Positions 24,759 through 34,463 of a DNA stretch of 41,650 nt are shown here, piece after piece. Each line of letters begins with the position of its first letter. Positions within the stretch are counted from its first letter, which is position 1. Source of the DNA: Candidatus Buchananbacteria bacterium (GTDB lineage: Bacteria > Patescibacteriota > Patescibacteriia > 2-01-FULL-39-33); contig CAIPBY010000036.1 of the NCBI GenBank assembly GCA_903863425.1, positions 1 to 41,650 of the forward strand, in the 5' to 3' direction. The translations under genes and the position numbers were made by a program. A model generated the notes under the pieces. It saw nothing but the letters and a program-made list of their open reading frames with translations. It had not been told where the DNA came from and did not search any database.

Positions 24759-25979
24759 ATGAAATTATTTGATTTTTTAGAAGAAACATATTTGGCTTTG
24801 TCAGCCAATAAAGCCAGGTCAGGATTGACCGTGCTGGGTATTGTTATTGGCATTAGTTCGGTTATTGCTATGCTTGCCATAGGAACCGGGGCTCAGAATT
24901 CAATCAAATCTAGTATTCAATCTATAGGATCTAATCTAATTATGGTGACTCCAGGAACACAAAGAGGTCCAGGAGTGACGGTTTCTGCTGGCAGGGGATC
25001 GGCTAAGACATTGACTCTTGATGATGCTAATGCCTTGAAAATCATTGCTTCAGTCAAGGCGGTAGCGTCGGAAGTCAGTGGCAGATATCAGTTGGCGGCG
25101 AAAGGACAGAATACTAATACTCAAGTTGTGGGAACGGTTCCTATTTATACTGAAGTGAAAAATATCCAGGTTGATTCTGGTAATTTTATCACAGATCCTA
25201 ATGTTAATGGCGCTTCCAAGGTAGCCGTATTGGGGCCTGCCGTCGCTGAGGATATCTTCGGCACCGGAGTTAACCCGGTCGGACAGACTATCCGCATAAA
25301 CAAAATAGATTTCAAGATTATCGGGATTACCAAAGCTAAGGGCGGATCAGGGATGAGCAATTCCGATGACATGGTTTACGTGCCAATCAGTACGGCTCAA
25401 AGACTTCTTTCTGGCAATAAATATGTAACTACCATTAATGTGGAAGCGGAAAATTCCGATGCCATGACTACGGTTCAGGCAGATATTACCGCTTTGCTTC
25501 TCTCCAGGCATCATATAACCGATTCTACTAAGGCGGATTTCAGTACCATGAATCAAGCCGACATAATTTCTACCATGTCCAGTGTTACTGGCACCTTTAC
25601 TATGCTACTTGGCGCGGTGGCCGGCATTTCTTTGATAGTAGGTGGCATTGGAATTATGAATATGATGCTTACCACCGTAACGGAAAGAACTAGGGAAATT
25701 GGTTTGCGCAAGGCCATTGGCGCCAAAGGCAAGGATATTAGTATTCAGTTTTTAATTGAGGCCATCGCCTTGACTTTTATTGGCGGTTTTATTGGTATTA
25801 TTCTTGGCTGGGCGATAGCGGCTGGTATGACTTATTTTAATGTGATGCAGGCCCAAGTGTCTTGGTCCTCAGTGTTATTGGCTTTTGGAGTTTCGGCAGT
25901 CATTGGAATCGTGTTTGGTTATTATCCGGCACGGAGAGCGGCCAAGCTTAATCCGATTGAAGCTTTGAGATTCGAATAA
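24759..25979 (+). CDS. ABC transporter permease, MacB-type (periplasmic core domain plus FtsX domain)
   Basis: 406 aa. N-terminal TM helix, large extracytoplasmic domain, C-terminal FtsX-like TM helices (ERTREIGLRKAIGA motif). Confidence 0.85.
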   Translation: MKLFDFLEETYLALSANKARSGLTVLGIVIGISSVIAMLAIGTGAQNSIKSSIQSIGSNLIMVTPGTQRGPGVTVSAGRGSAKTLTLDDANALKIIASVKAVASEVSGRYQLAAKGQNTNTQVVGTVPIYTEVKNIQVDSGNFITDPNVNGASKVAVLGPAVAEDIFGTGVNPVGQTIRINKIDFKIIGITKAKGGSGMSNSDDMVYVPISTAQRLLSGNKYVTTINVEAENSDAMTTVQADITALLLSRHHITDSTKADFSTMNQADIISTMSSVTGTFTMLLGAVAGISLIVGGIGIMNMMLTTVTERTREIGLRKAIGAKGKDISIQFLIEAIALTFIGGFIGIILGWAIAAGMTYFNVMQAQVSWSSVLLAFGVSAVIGIVFGYYPARRAAKLNPIEALRFE

Positions 25980-26009
25980 AAATTAATCAATTATTAACAA
26001 ACAAAAATT

Positions 26010-26492
26010 ATGAAAAAAGCATTAGTACCGATTTTAGTCGTTTTAATTGTCGTTGTCGGGGCGGGAGCGTTCTATGGAGGTATGATTTATGGCAAGAGCC
26101 AGAGCAAATCAGCTATCGGGCAACGTTTTGGGCAAATGGGCGGGCCAGGCGGAACAGCCACAGGAATAAATCGCAAGGCAGGTGGTCAGAATGTGGGTTT
26201 TGTCAATGGTGAAATTTTGTCCAATGACGGCAAGACCATGACCGTAAAAATTAATACCGGAGGATCCAAGATTGTATTTTTATCTGACGCTACGGAAATT
26301 GGAAAAATGGCTAGTGGTACGCAGAGTGATTTAACTGCAGGGCAGAATGTCATGGTGACCGGCAAGACCAATACTGATGGCAGTGTGACGGCTTCTACGG
26401 TACAAATAAGGCCTAATGTGCCGGTTGGAGCAGGCGGACCTGGAGGCAATGGACAAACTCAGGCTCAGCCAGTGCCGACTCCAGGTCAATAA
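26010..26492 (+). CDS. secreted Gly-rich protein with DUF5666-like beta domain (tentative)
   Basis: Signal/anchor MKKALVPILVVLIVVVGAGAFY. The domain GEILSNDGKTMTVKI...TQSDLTAGQNVMVTGKTNTDGSVTASTVQIRP parallels 21585-22124. Confidence 0.55.
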   Translation: MKKALVPILVVLIVVVGAGAFYGGMIYGKSQSKSAIGQRFGQMGGPGGTATGINRKAGGQNVGFVNGEILSNDGKTMTVKINTGGSKIVFLSDATEIGKMASGTQSDLTAGQNVMVTGKTNTDGSVTASTVQIRPNVPVGAGGPGGNGQTQAQPVPTPGQ

Positions 26493-26752
26493 TATATTTA
26501 TATTTAATACCGTTCCATTTTGGGGCGGTATTTTGTTTGAGTATTTCAATACTCCTTATGGTCGCATCTGAATTCCTTCCTTTGTATATGAGGAAGGAAG
26601 TGGACGAGATCATGGCTTTTTTAAGGAATATAAGGGGTATTATTGGATACCTCAAATTTGAGTAGGTATATTGAAATCATAATTGTATATTTGTTTTTAC
26701 ATAGGTAAAGTGTTAAAATTAAGTTAAATAAATTCATCAATAAATTATAAAT

Positions 26753-27343
26753 ATGAAAAGATATTTATTTATTTTCTCTTTATTGGGTTTGATTGTTATT
26801 TTGTCAGGGTGCTTAAATAATCAGGCATCTGAGCAGTTAAAAAGTCAAAATTATGCTACCAGTCAACAGCCTGTGAATTGTGGAACAGTTACTGGTATTT
26901 ACAATGATTCAAAGCATGATTTTGCCAATTCGGATGAAAATAAAGGAGGATTTACTTGCTTGGCAGAAAAATTTATGAATAATTGTCAACCCATTAAGCT
27001 GTCTGTTAGAAATGTTTATACCAAGAATTTTGCGATTGTGGATAAGGAAATTGAGTTATTTACAAGTGATTTTGATGTCGTTAATATTACGGGAAATGAA
27101 AAGGAGGGATGCTTGGTAACAGTATCTGATATTAAAACAAAATTAGAATATTCTTGCAGGTTTGCCCCAGATTCTTTTATCCAGCAACAGAAGCAGTTTT
27201 ATAAAGATATTAAGACTAACTATGGATGCCTTTTAGTTAGTGAAATTATATCAGCAGCTGAACAGACAGGTAGCGGTGAGGCAAATTTATGCTCTGGACC
27301 ATATATTGATCAAGTAAGGAGAGAAGTTCAAGCTCACAAATAG
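26753..27343 (+). CDS. lipoprotein, function unknown
   Basis: Signal peptide with lipobox LSGC (MKRYLFIFSLLGLIVILSGC). Cys-rich mature part. Confidence 0.65.
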   Translation: MKRYLFIFSLLGLIVILSGCLNNQASEQLKSQNYATSQQPVNCGTVTGIYNDSKHDFANSDENKGGFTCLAEKFMNNCQPIKLSVRNVYTKNFAIVDKEIELFTSDFDVVNITGNEKEGCLVTVSDIKTKLEYSCRFAPDSFIQQQKQFYKDIKTNYGCLLVSEIISAAEQTGSGEANLCSGPYIDQVRREVQAHK

Positions 27344-27364
27344 TAAATTTAGATCTGATCAATA

Positions 27365-27853
27365 ATGAATTTATGCCAAATAAATATGAATAATAAAAAA
27401 AGCAAGCCGACTTGGCTTTTAGTCGTGTTACTTTGCCTCATAGCTGGATTTATCTTTCCGTTTGTTTTTACATTCGTTGCAGATATTTTTGAGTATATTA
27501 TATTTTTCTTTATTGATGCCTCTAAATTTAATACTGGTATGTTGCCTTTACTGAATTTATTTTTAGGAATTTTAACGAATTTTATTGGTATTATAGGTGT
27601 TATCTTCGGTGTTAAACTCTCTGCAAGGATTATAAATAAACATTTCTTAGTTAAAGATGGAAAATTATTAGTAAATAGCTCATTGATCTTACTAATAATT
27701 TTTAAAATTGGTTATATCATTAACGAATTATTTGGAGTTAAAACCTCTTTATTTTATTGGGGGATTTTATCGGATGTTGTTATCTTGATTATCTTCACTG
27801 TTATATTTTATATATTCAGTTACGGGTCATTTGTGAAGAGTAAAGATAAATAA
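27365..27853 (+). CDS. polytopic small membrane protein, function unknown
   Basis: Four hydrophobic helices. The start may instead be ATG 27386. Confidence 0.55.
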   Translation: MNLCQINMNNKKSKPTWLLVVLLCLIAGFIFPFVFTFVADIFEYIIFFFIDASKFNTGMLPLLNLFLGILTNFIGIIGVIFGVKLSARIINKHFLVKDGKLLVNSSLILLIIFKIGYIINELFGVKTSLFYWGILSDVVILIIFTVIFYIFSYGSFVKSKDK

Positions 27854-28044
27854 TTCAATATCCATAGCTCGGCTCGTTTCTGTCCTGTTCGTGTCCTCCG
27901 ATCAATTTAATAAATAAAAAATACTCCTTGAAGGGGCTGTCCCAAAATGGGAGCTTTTTTGGAAAATGCGGGGAAGAAAATGCCTTAATTTCACATTTTG
28001 GCATTTTTGTATTAGAATAAACTAACCATATCAATTATATAACT

Positions 28045-29076
28045 ATGATAATTTTAGCCATCGAAACATCATGTGATGAAACTTCCGCTTCAGTGCTTAA
28101 ATCCACTGGAGGCAGGTTAGAATTGCTCTCAAATGTGGTTTCTTCACAGATTGATATCCATAAGCAATACGGCGGAGTGGTGCCGGAAGTGGCCGCTCGT
28201 CATCATGTACAGAATATTAATCCTGTCATCATGGAAGCATTAGAAACGGCCAAAATCAAGCCGCAAAAGTTGAGCTATTTAGCGGTGGTTTCCGGTCCTG
28301 GACTTATTACTTCTTTAATTGTGGGTGTAGAGGCGGCCAAGGCCTTGAGCGTGGCTTGGCAAAAACCTTTGATAAATGTTAATCATATGTATTCTCATAT
28401 TGCTGGCAACTTTTTAAGCAAAGTTGAATTTCCAGCTGTGTGCCTGGTTGTTTCCGGCGGGCATACAGAATTAGTATTGCTCAAAAATTATTCTCAATTC
28501 AAGAAAATTGGACAAACGGTTGATGATGCGGCTGGAGAGGCTTTTGATAAGGTGGCCAAGTTACTTGGTTTAGGTTATCCTGGAGGACCAGCCGTTGCCT
28601 TGAAGGCAACGGAATTTCTAATTTCTAATTTCCAATTTTCAAAAATTAGCCTTCCGCGTCCCTTAATAAATTCCGGAGATTTCAATTTTAGTTTTTCCGG
28701 ATTGAAGACGGCCGTGCTTTATACGGCACAGAAAATGAAGAAGAAAGAATTAGAGCAAAGGACCTCCGAAATTTGTTATGAATTTCAACAGGCCGTAGTT
28801 GATGTTCTGGTGGGAAAAACCATGAAAGCAGCACAGAAGCATAAGGTGAAAACCGTGCTTATGGCTGGTGGTGTGGCCGCTAATAAAAAACTTAGAGAAA
28901 GCTTGAGGGAATCCGTAGAAGCCAAGGGATTAAAATTTGGAGTCCCGGAATTCAGGCTTTGTACGGATAATGCGGCCATGGTAGCGATTGCTGGGTACTA
29001 TTTGGCGAAGAAGAAAAGGCCATCAAGAGATGATTGGAAAAAGGTTAAGGTAAACCCAAATTGGGAACTCAAATAA
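28045..29076 (+). CDS. tsaD: tRNA N6-adenosine threonylcarbamoyltransferase TsaD
   Basis: ILAIETSCDETS N-terminus, VNHMYSHI metal site, GYPGGP, FSFSGLKT and MAGGVAAN motifs of Kae1/TsaD. Confidence 0.9.
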   Translation: MIILAIETSCDETSASVLKSTGGRLELLSNVVSSQIDIHKQYGGVVPEVAARHHVQNINPVIMEALETAKIKPQKLSYLAVVSGPGLITSLIVGVEAAKALSVAWQKPLINVNHMYSHIAGNFLSKVEFPAVCLVVSGGHTELVLLKNYSQFKKIGQTVDDAAGEAFDKVAKLLGLGYPGGPAVALKATEFLISNFQFSKISLPRPLINSGDFNFSFSGLKTAVLYTAQKMKKKELEQRTSEICYEFQQAVVDVLVGKTMKAAQKHKVKTVLMAGGVAANKKLRESLRESVEAKGLKFGVPEFRLCTDNAAMVAIAGYYLAKKKRPSRDDWKKVKVNPNWELK

Positions 29077-29086
29077 GGTGTTAAGT

Positions 29087-29207
29087 TGTCATTGCGAGCG
29101 TAGCCGTAATCGGCGAAGCGTAGCAATCCCGCGGAACAAAGACGCACGCATTATTCCACGGGATCCCCACGGTCGTCCGCTTGGGGGCGGACTCCCTCGG
29201 GATGACA
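29087..29207. repeat. GC-rich 121-bp MITE/REP-like element with imperfect terminal inverted repeats
   Basis: Ends TGTCATTGCGAG (29087-29098) and CTCGGGATGACA (29196-29207) are inverted repeats with 2 mismatches in 12. The interior is GC-rich with hairpin GTCCGC-TTGGGG-GCGGAC. It sits exactly between tsaD and tsaE. Confidence 0.6.
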
Positions 29208-29224
29208 GTTGATAATTGAAAATT

Positions 29225-29647
29225 ATGAAATATATTACTAAATCAGAACGCGAAACGCTTAATGTGGCTGAGAAGTTCGTCCAACGGTTAAAGGGCGGCG
29301 AAGTTCTTTGTCTTATTGGCGATCTAGGATCAGGTAAAACCGCTTTTACTAAGGGCTTGGCTAAAGGTTTGGGAGTCAAGAATATTATAACCAGCCCTAC
29401 TTTTGTTTTACTCAAATCATATACGGCTAAATTAAAAAATATTAATAAGTTGGTTCATATTGATGCTTATCGTTTAGATAGCGGAGCAGAGTTGGATTAT
29501 ATTGGAGTGGAAGAATATTTCAGCGATAAAAATTGCATCACTGTAATTGAGTGGGCAGATAGGGTTAAGGATATTTGGCCGGTAAACGCCATTGAAATAA
29601 AATTCAAAGTTTTGAAAGGGAATAAAAGAGAAATTCACATAAAATAA
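29225..29647 (+). CDS. tsaE: tRNA threonylcarbamoyladenosine biosynthesis ATPase TsaE
   Basis: P-loop GDLGSGKTAFTKG, SPTF, HIDAYR and EWA motifs of YjeE/TsaE. The first ATG is 29225 (the tracked start 29216 is TTG). Confidence 0.85.
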   Translation: MKYITKSERETLNVAEKFVQRLKGGEVLCLIGDLGSGKTAFTKGLAKGLGVKNIITSPTFVLLKSYTAKLKNINKLVHIDAYRLDSGAELDYIGVEEYFSDKNCITVIEWADRVKDIWPVNAIEIKFKVLKGNKREIHIK

Positions 29648-29672
29648 AACTCCGGGATAATCCGGAGTTTTT
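29646..29672. terminator. bidirectional intrinsic terminator between tsaE and pilB
   Basis: ACTCCGG-GATAAT-CCGGAGT stem-loop flanked by an A-run and a T-run. Confidence 0.7.
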
Positions 29673-29688
29673 AGATATGATTATTTTT

Positions 29689-31389
29689 TTATTCCGCCAC
29701 CCTGAATATTTCCTTGATAGAGGTTAGTCCATCGAGAGCCTTTAGGATTCCGTCTTGAGCCATAGTAATAATTCCGTCTTCAAAGGCTAACTTTTTTATG
29801 TCATATTCGGAAATATTTCCAGTCGTCATTAACTGCTTCATCTTGTCATTGATAGGCATGATTTCAAAGATTCCGATTCTGCCCAGGTAGCCGATATTTT
29901 GGCAAGATTGACATCCTTCGCCCATGTAGAATTTCAGATTATTCATGTCTGTCTTGTAACCGCAATTCGGAGGCAGTGATTCTAAAAGTTTTTTGACTTT
30001 TTCCATTTCTGTCGTTTCAAGCTGTATTTCTTTTTTACAACTCTCGCATATTTTTCTAACCAGCCTTTGTCCTATAGAGACGTTAAGCGCCGGAGCTAGC
30101 AGGAAGGGCTTAGAGCCCATGGACATGAATCGGGGGATAGCGCCAAAAGCATCATTGGTGTGGATGGTAGAAAGTACCAGGTGGCCTGTCAGGGCGGCTT
30201 GAATAGCGATTTCGGCTGTTTCCAGATCTCTAATTTCTCCAACCATGACAATATCCGGATCTTGCCTGATGATGGAACGTAATCCTTTGGAAAAAGTGTA
30301 TTGCTCGCTGACTTGGCTTTGATTGATGCCCTTGAGCTGATATTCGATAGGGTCTTCAATGGTAATAATTTTTATTTCTGGATTATTTAATCTTCGAAGT
30401 ATCGCATAAAGAGAAGTGGTTTTTCCTGAACCGGTCGGACCGGTGGTGACAATCATACCGTTTGGTCTGGTAATTTCTTTGGCTAGGATTTCCATAGCCT
30501 GCCCGCGAAGGCCGAGTTCTTCGAAGCTAAGGCCGTCAAAAGAAGCGCGAAGAAGCCTCATGACCACGCTTTCTCCGAAGGCGGTGGGCAGACAAGAAAC
30601 TCTGACATCAATACGATCATCTTTCAAGTGGATAGAAAATCTGCCATCTTGAGGCCGATCATTTATATTTATTTTGAGTTTAGAAAGCTGTTTTATTCTG
30701 GAAATGACTCTGGGCCAATTCGCCTTATCTATGCTGGCGACATCGTTTAAAACGCCGTCAATACGGTACCTTACCTTGATGGCGTTTTCTTCGCCTTCAA
30801 TATGGATGTCGGAAGCGCGCGATTTGATGGCTGCAGCAATGATTAAGGTAACCATTTCCGTGATAGTTACCTTTTTTATAATTTCATCTAATTGGTGGAA
30901 GTTTTTTATTTCATTTTCCAATCTATTCAGGTCTTCCTCTTTGATATCTACTCCGCCTCTGAATTTTCTAGCCTTGGGCAGAGTGTCATAGAGCTTGTAT
31001 GACTGTTCAAAGCTATTTTGAGAAATCAGATAGGTCGAAACCTCGGCGAAATATTTTTCGGCCATTTCTTTTTCTAACTTTTTTATCTCATCAGTATAAG
31101 AGGTGGTTCCCAGTCTGATGTCTTTGCCGGTATTGAGAAAACAAATAATTCCCAGTTTTTTGGATATTTCTTGTTTAATAAGAACAAAAGCGTCGGGACT
31201 TATAGGAAATCCGACTAAATTAATATATGGCAAGCCAGCAACTTGAGCTTGGGTTTCTATCTCCTGCTCCTTCTCTAGCAGATTTATCTCTTGCATCTTC
31301 TGTTTCAATTTTGATTGGGCAGAGCTATCTTTCTGGCTGGATTCGCTGTCAGGCAAAAGATCTTCTAATGAGGAACCTAGATCGGACAT
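29689..31389 (-). CDS. pilB: type IV pilus / type II secretion assembly ATPase (GspE/PilB family)
   Basis: Walker A GPTGSGKTT, Asp box, Walker B IMVGEIRD, His box, tetracysteine CESC...CQSC zinc motif. Confidence 0.85.
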   Translation of the reverse strand: MSDLGSSLEDLLPDSESSQKDSSAQSKLKQKMQEINLLEKEQEIETQAQVAGLPYINLVGFPISPDAFVLIKQEISKKLGIICFLNTGKDIRLGTTSYTDEIKKLEKEMAEKYFAEVSTYLISQNSFEQSYKLYDTLPKARKFRGGVDIKEEDLNRLENEIKNFHQLDEIIKKVTITEMVTLIIAAAIKSRASDIHIEGEENAIKVRYRIDGVLNDVASIDKANWPRVISRIKQLSKLKININDRPQDGRFSIHLKDDRIDVRVSCLPTAFGESVVMRLLRASFDGLSFEELGLRGQAMEILAKEITRPNGMIVTTGPTGSGKTTSLYAILRRLNNPEIKIITIEDPIEYQLKGINQSQVSEQYTFSKGLRSIIRQDPDIVMVGEIRDLETAEIAIQAALTGHLVLSTIHTNDAFGAIPRFMSMGSKPFLLAPALNVSIGQRLVRKICESCKKEIQLETTEMEKVKKLLESLPPNCGYKTDMNNLKFYMGEGCQSCQNIGYLGRIGIFEIMPINDKMKQLMTTGNISEYDIKKLAFEDGIITMAQDGILKALDGLTSIKEIFRVAE

Positions 31390-31398
31390 GGATTTTTA

Positions 31399-32433
31399 TT
31401 ATTGTTTAATAAAATAACGAGGAAGGTTCTGTAATTGCTGAGCAGTTCTTTCTATCTTGCTTATTTCCTCTCCGGAATTAATTCTAACAAATAGGGCAGT
31501 CCAGGAAACCCATTGGAAAGTCGTGACAAAGGCGGCTATGAAAAGGATGATTACCGCCATTAAAATAAAGCAAACGATGGCTATTAAGTAGGAGACCAGT
31601 ACTGGCAGGAAGGTGAAATATAGGGGCAAGATTACGATGGGGATGGCGGAAAGAATGGTGGAACAGAGCAGGCTGATGAATCCAGACACAATGTAGACTA
31701 GGAATAAAGCTAGGGCCATTTCCAGAGAGATGAGCCAATTTTTAATAAATAGCTGATAAGCGGATTTGAAGGAGGGAAAGAATTTACCATTATTTAAGAG
31801 AACGTAGAAAATTTGATATTTAATAATAAAGGAGATAATTAAGACAGCAAAGATGAAAACAATAAAAGAAAGATAATAGAGGATAGTAAGAGCGATATTC
31901 CCGCCGTTAGTTAGGATCATTTCTTGACCCAGGAGAAGAAAAAGAATAAAAAGGATGACCTTCAGAATAATATCGGATCCTATGACCGGCCAGAATTTTT
32001 TGACGCCGAAATCAATACCTTCATTAATAGAAGGCTTTTTATTCTTCATAATCAAGGAGATGTTTTTGATAATGCCGATTTGAGAGGTGATAGAAATCCA
32101 AACAAAGAATAATCCGATGGCTAGAGCAATTATAAAAATTAAGAGTGCAATTAAGCTCTGTATCGGATATTTCAGAATAGATTGCCATATGTTGAGCCAG
32201 ACATTTCCTCCAACAGACATGGCTGAATCCGTAATTGTTTTCAGGCTGTCGCCGATAATAGTGAGCCATCCGCCAGAATTGGTGGGATCGTAGATGCCCC
32301 TGGAGATAATTTCATATTCTCCGCCACTACTTATAATAGTGGCAAATAATCCAAAAAACCATAAGCTTTTGTAGCGTTTGGAAATGTCCCAGGCCTTTTT
32401 CAGGATCGGACGATATAAAGACATATTAGCCAT
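31399..32433 (-). CDS. polytopic membrane protein, function unknown
   Basis: 344 aa with about 7 long hydrophobic helices. No catalytic motif recognised. Confidence 0.6.
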   Translation of the reverse strand: MANMSLYRPILKKAWDISKRYKSLWFFGLFATIISSGGEYEIISRGIYDPTNSGGWLTIIGDSLKTITDSAMSVGGNVWLNIWQSILKYPIQSLIALLIFIIALAIGLFFVWISITSQIGIIKNISLIMKNKKPSINEGIDFGVKKFWPVIGSDIILKVILFILFLLLGQEMILTNGGNIALTILYYLSFIVFIFAVLIISFIIKYQIFYVLLNNGKFFPSFKSAYQLFIKNWLISLEMALALFLVYIVSGFISLLCSTILSAIPIVILPLYFTFLPVLVSYLIAIVCFILMAVIILFIAAFVTTFQWVSWTALFVRINSGEEISKIERTAQQLQNLPRYFIKQ

Positions 32434-32504
32434 ATTTTTATAAGTTAATTTTAATATGTTGGTGCTATTATACCATAAATTAAAGAAACAAGAAAATATT
32501 AAAA

Positions 32505-32545
32505 TAAAACTCCGCCCCGACGTTGTGTCGGGGCGGAGTTTTTGG
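32505..32545 (-). terminator. intrinsic terminator after ftsH (usable in both directions)
   Basis: ACTCCGCCCCGA-CGTTGTG-TCGGGGCGGAGT stem-loop flanked by an A-run and a T-run. Confidence 0.75.
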
Positions 32546-32555
32546 GTAATTCAAT

Positions 32556-34457
32556 TTATGCTTTTGTTTCTTCGATTTCTTCTTCTTTTATTTCTTCAGT
32601 TTTAATCCCCTCAGATTTGGGTTCTGCTTTGACCGTTATAGCGGTTGGTTTAAATATCGCTTCAAATTCATCAGTTTCTAATGTTTCTTTGTGTAGCAAT
32701 TCCTCAGCTATTTTGTCTAGGTAGAACTTTTTATCTGTTAGTATTTGTCTGGCACATTCGGCGGCTTCCTTGGTTAATTTGCTTATTTCATCATCGATCA
32801 TCTCAGCGCTTTTTTCAGAATAATCCTTTTGCTCATGAAGTTCCCGACCCAAAAATATCATTTCTTCGCGTTGTCCGAAAGTTCGCAGACCTAGTTTTTC
32901 ATTCATACCGTATTCGGTAATAATTTTTTTGGCTAATGAGGTGGCAACACGTAAGTCATTCTGGGCGCCGGTAGTCACTTCATTAAACATTTCTTCTTCA
33001 GCGATACGTCCGGCCAAAAGCACTGATAATTCTTCGATAAATTCAGTTTTGGTATGAAGTTTCTTGTCTTCATCGGGAAGTTTCAGGGTAAAGCCGGCGG
33101 CTGTTCCTCTGGCAATGATGGAAACTTTTCTGACTTTATCCATATTAGGAAGTTCATGCGCTACTAGGGCGTGGCCAGCCTCATGATAGGCAGTGACCTT
33201 TTTTTCTTTATCATTAAGGATATGGCTTTTTCTTTCCGGTCCAAGAATGATTTTGTATATGCTCTTAAGGATGTCGTCGAGAAAAATTTCTTTTTGATTT
33301 TTTAAGGCGGCTAGGATAGCAGATTCATTAAGAAGATTGGATAAGTCTGCTCCGGAAAATCCGGGAGTCATTTCACCAATCCTTCTCATGCTTACGTCTT
33401 TGCTTATGGGCTTATTTCTGGCGTGAACACTGAGTATGGCTTCGCGATCATTTATATCCGGCAAGTCAAGAGTAACTCGTCTATCAAATCTTCCTGGTCG
33501 AAGTAGCGCTGTATCGAGCACGTCCGGTCTATTAGTTGCCGCCATGACTATAACATTGGTATTTTGTTCAAATCCGTCCATTTCCACTAATATCTGATTG
33601 AGAGTTTGTTCTCTTTCGTCATGCGATCCACCAAGTCCGGCTCCGCGTTGTCTTCCGACTGCATCGATTTCATCAATAAAGATGATACAAGGAGCACTCT
33701 TTTTGGCTTTTTTGAAAAGATCCCGAACTCTTGAGGCTCCAACTCCGACAAACATTTCTACGAATTCTGAGCCGGAAATGCTGAAAAAGGGAACATTGGC
33801 TTCACCGGCCACAGCTTTGGCCAAAAGTGTTTTGCCAGTTCCAGGAGCGCCGAGAAGCAGAACGCCTTTGGGAATAGTGGCGCCGAGTGAAAGAAATTTG
33901 TTGGGATTTTTCAAAAAATCTACAACCTCAATTAATTCTTGCTTGGCTTCTTTGACGCCGGCAATATCTTTGAAAGAGGTTTTGACTTTTTTGTTCAGAT
34001 TGAATTCTTTGGCTCCGCTTTGCCCGAAACTCATAGCCTTGCTGTTGGCTCCTTGAGCTTGCCTCATAAAAAACCAGAAGAAAGCGACGATAAGAACCAG
34101 TGGAATTAAGAAGGGGAGCAGAGTTATGGCCCAGAATTCAAAACCGTCTTGGCTTTTTACTTCTATGGCCACGGCTTTGAATTTAACAGGATCGACCCCG
34201 AAATTTTTCAGCAAAGAATCAACACTGCTATTGGCTTCTTTGCGAAAAGTCTGTTTGGAGCCGTCCTTGAGGGTGAGATCAATCTGGCTGTCCTTGATGA
34301 CGGCAGATTGGATTTGGCCAGCTTCAATTTCACTGATAAAAGTAGTGATATTGATATCTTTGACCTTACTCTCTGAGGTGTTAAACAAGCTGAAGGCAAT
34401 GGAAATTAGCAGGAATATAACAATAGCAATTATTATATTCCTAGTTAAATTTTTCAT
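32556..34457 (-). CDS. ftsH: ATP-dependent zinc metalloprotease FtsH
   Basis: Two N-terminal TM helices, Walker [19 protein letters not shown], Walker [12 protein letters not shown] region, HEAGHAL zinc site. Glu/Lys-rich tail. Confidence 0.95.
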   Translation of the reverse strand: MKNLTRNIIIAIVIFLLISIAFSLFNTSESKVKDINITTFISEIEAGQIQSAVIKDSQIDLTLKDGSKQTFRKEANSSVDSLLKNFGVDPVKFKAVAIEVKSQDGFEFWAITLLPFLIPLVLIVAFFWFFMRQAQGANSKAMSFGQSGAKEFNLNKKVKTSFKDIAGVKEAKQELIEVVDFLKNPNKFLSLGATIPKGVLLLGAPGTGKTLLAKAVAGEANVPFFSISGSEFVEMFVGVGASRVRDLFKKAKKSAPCIIFIDEIDAVGRQRGAGLGGSHDEREQTLNQILVEMDGFEQNTNVIVMAATNRPDVLDTALLRPGRFDRRVTLDLPDINDREAILSVHARNKPISKDVSMRRIGEMTPGFSGADLSNLLNESAILAALKNQKEIFLDDILKSIYKIILGPERKSHILNDKEKKVTAYHEAGHALVAHELPNMDKVRKVSIIARGTAAGFTLKLPDEDKKLHTKTEFIEELSVLLAGRIAEEEMFNEVTTGAQNDLRVATSLAKKIITEYGMNEKLGLRTFGQREEMIFLGRELHEQKDYSEKSAEMIDDEISKLTKEAAECARQILTDKKFYLDKIAEELLHKETLETDEFEAIFKPTAITVKAEPKSEGIKTEEIKEEEIEETKA

Positions 34458-34463
34458 ATGGTA

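Noticed and set aside
26573-26599. An isolated 9-bp hairpin TTCCTTCCT-N9-AGGAAGGAA in the 260-bp spacer before the lipoprotein gene, considered as a possible sRNA or riboswitch. The 80-aa antisense ORF at 26413-26655 was also considered.
   Set aside because: No promoter/terminator pair, no further structure and no GC enrichment were seen. The antisense ORF overlaps the end of 26010-26492 and has no start context. Support is insufficient.
28615-28650. An AT-rich repeat-like stretch (TTCTAATTTCTAATTTCCAATTTTCAAAAATT) inside tsaD, resembling the intergenic AATTTTCAATT repeats, possibly an insertion.
   Set aside because: It is in frame (…EFLISNFQFSKIS…) and occupies a variable loop of about the same length as in other TsaD proteins. 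There are no flanking duplications, so it is treated as ordinary coding sequence.
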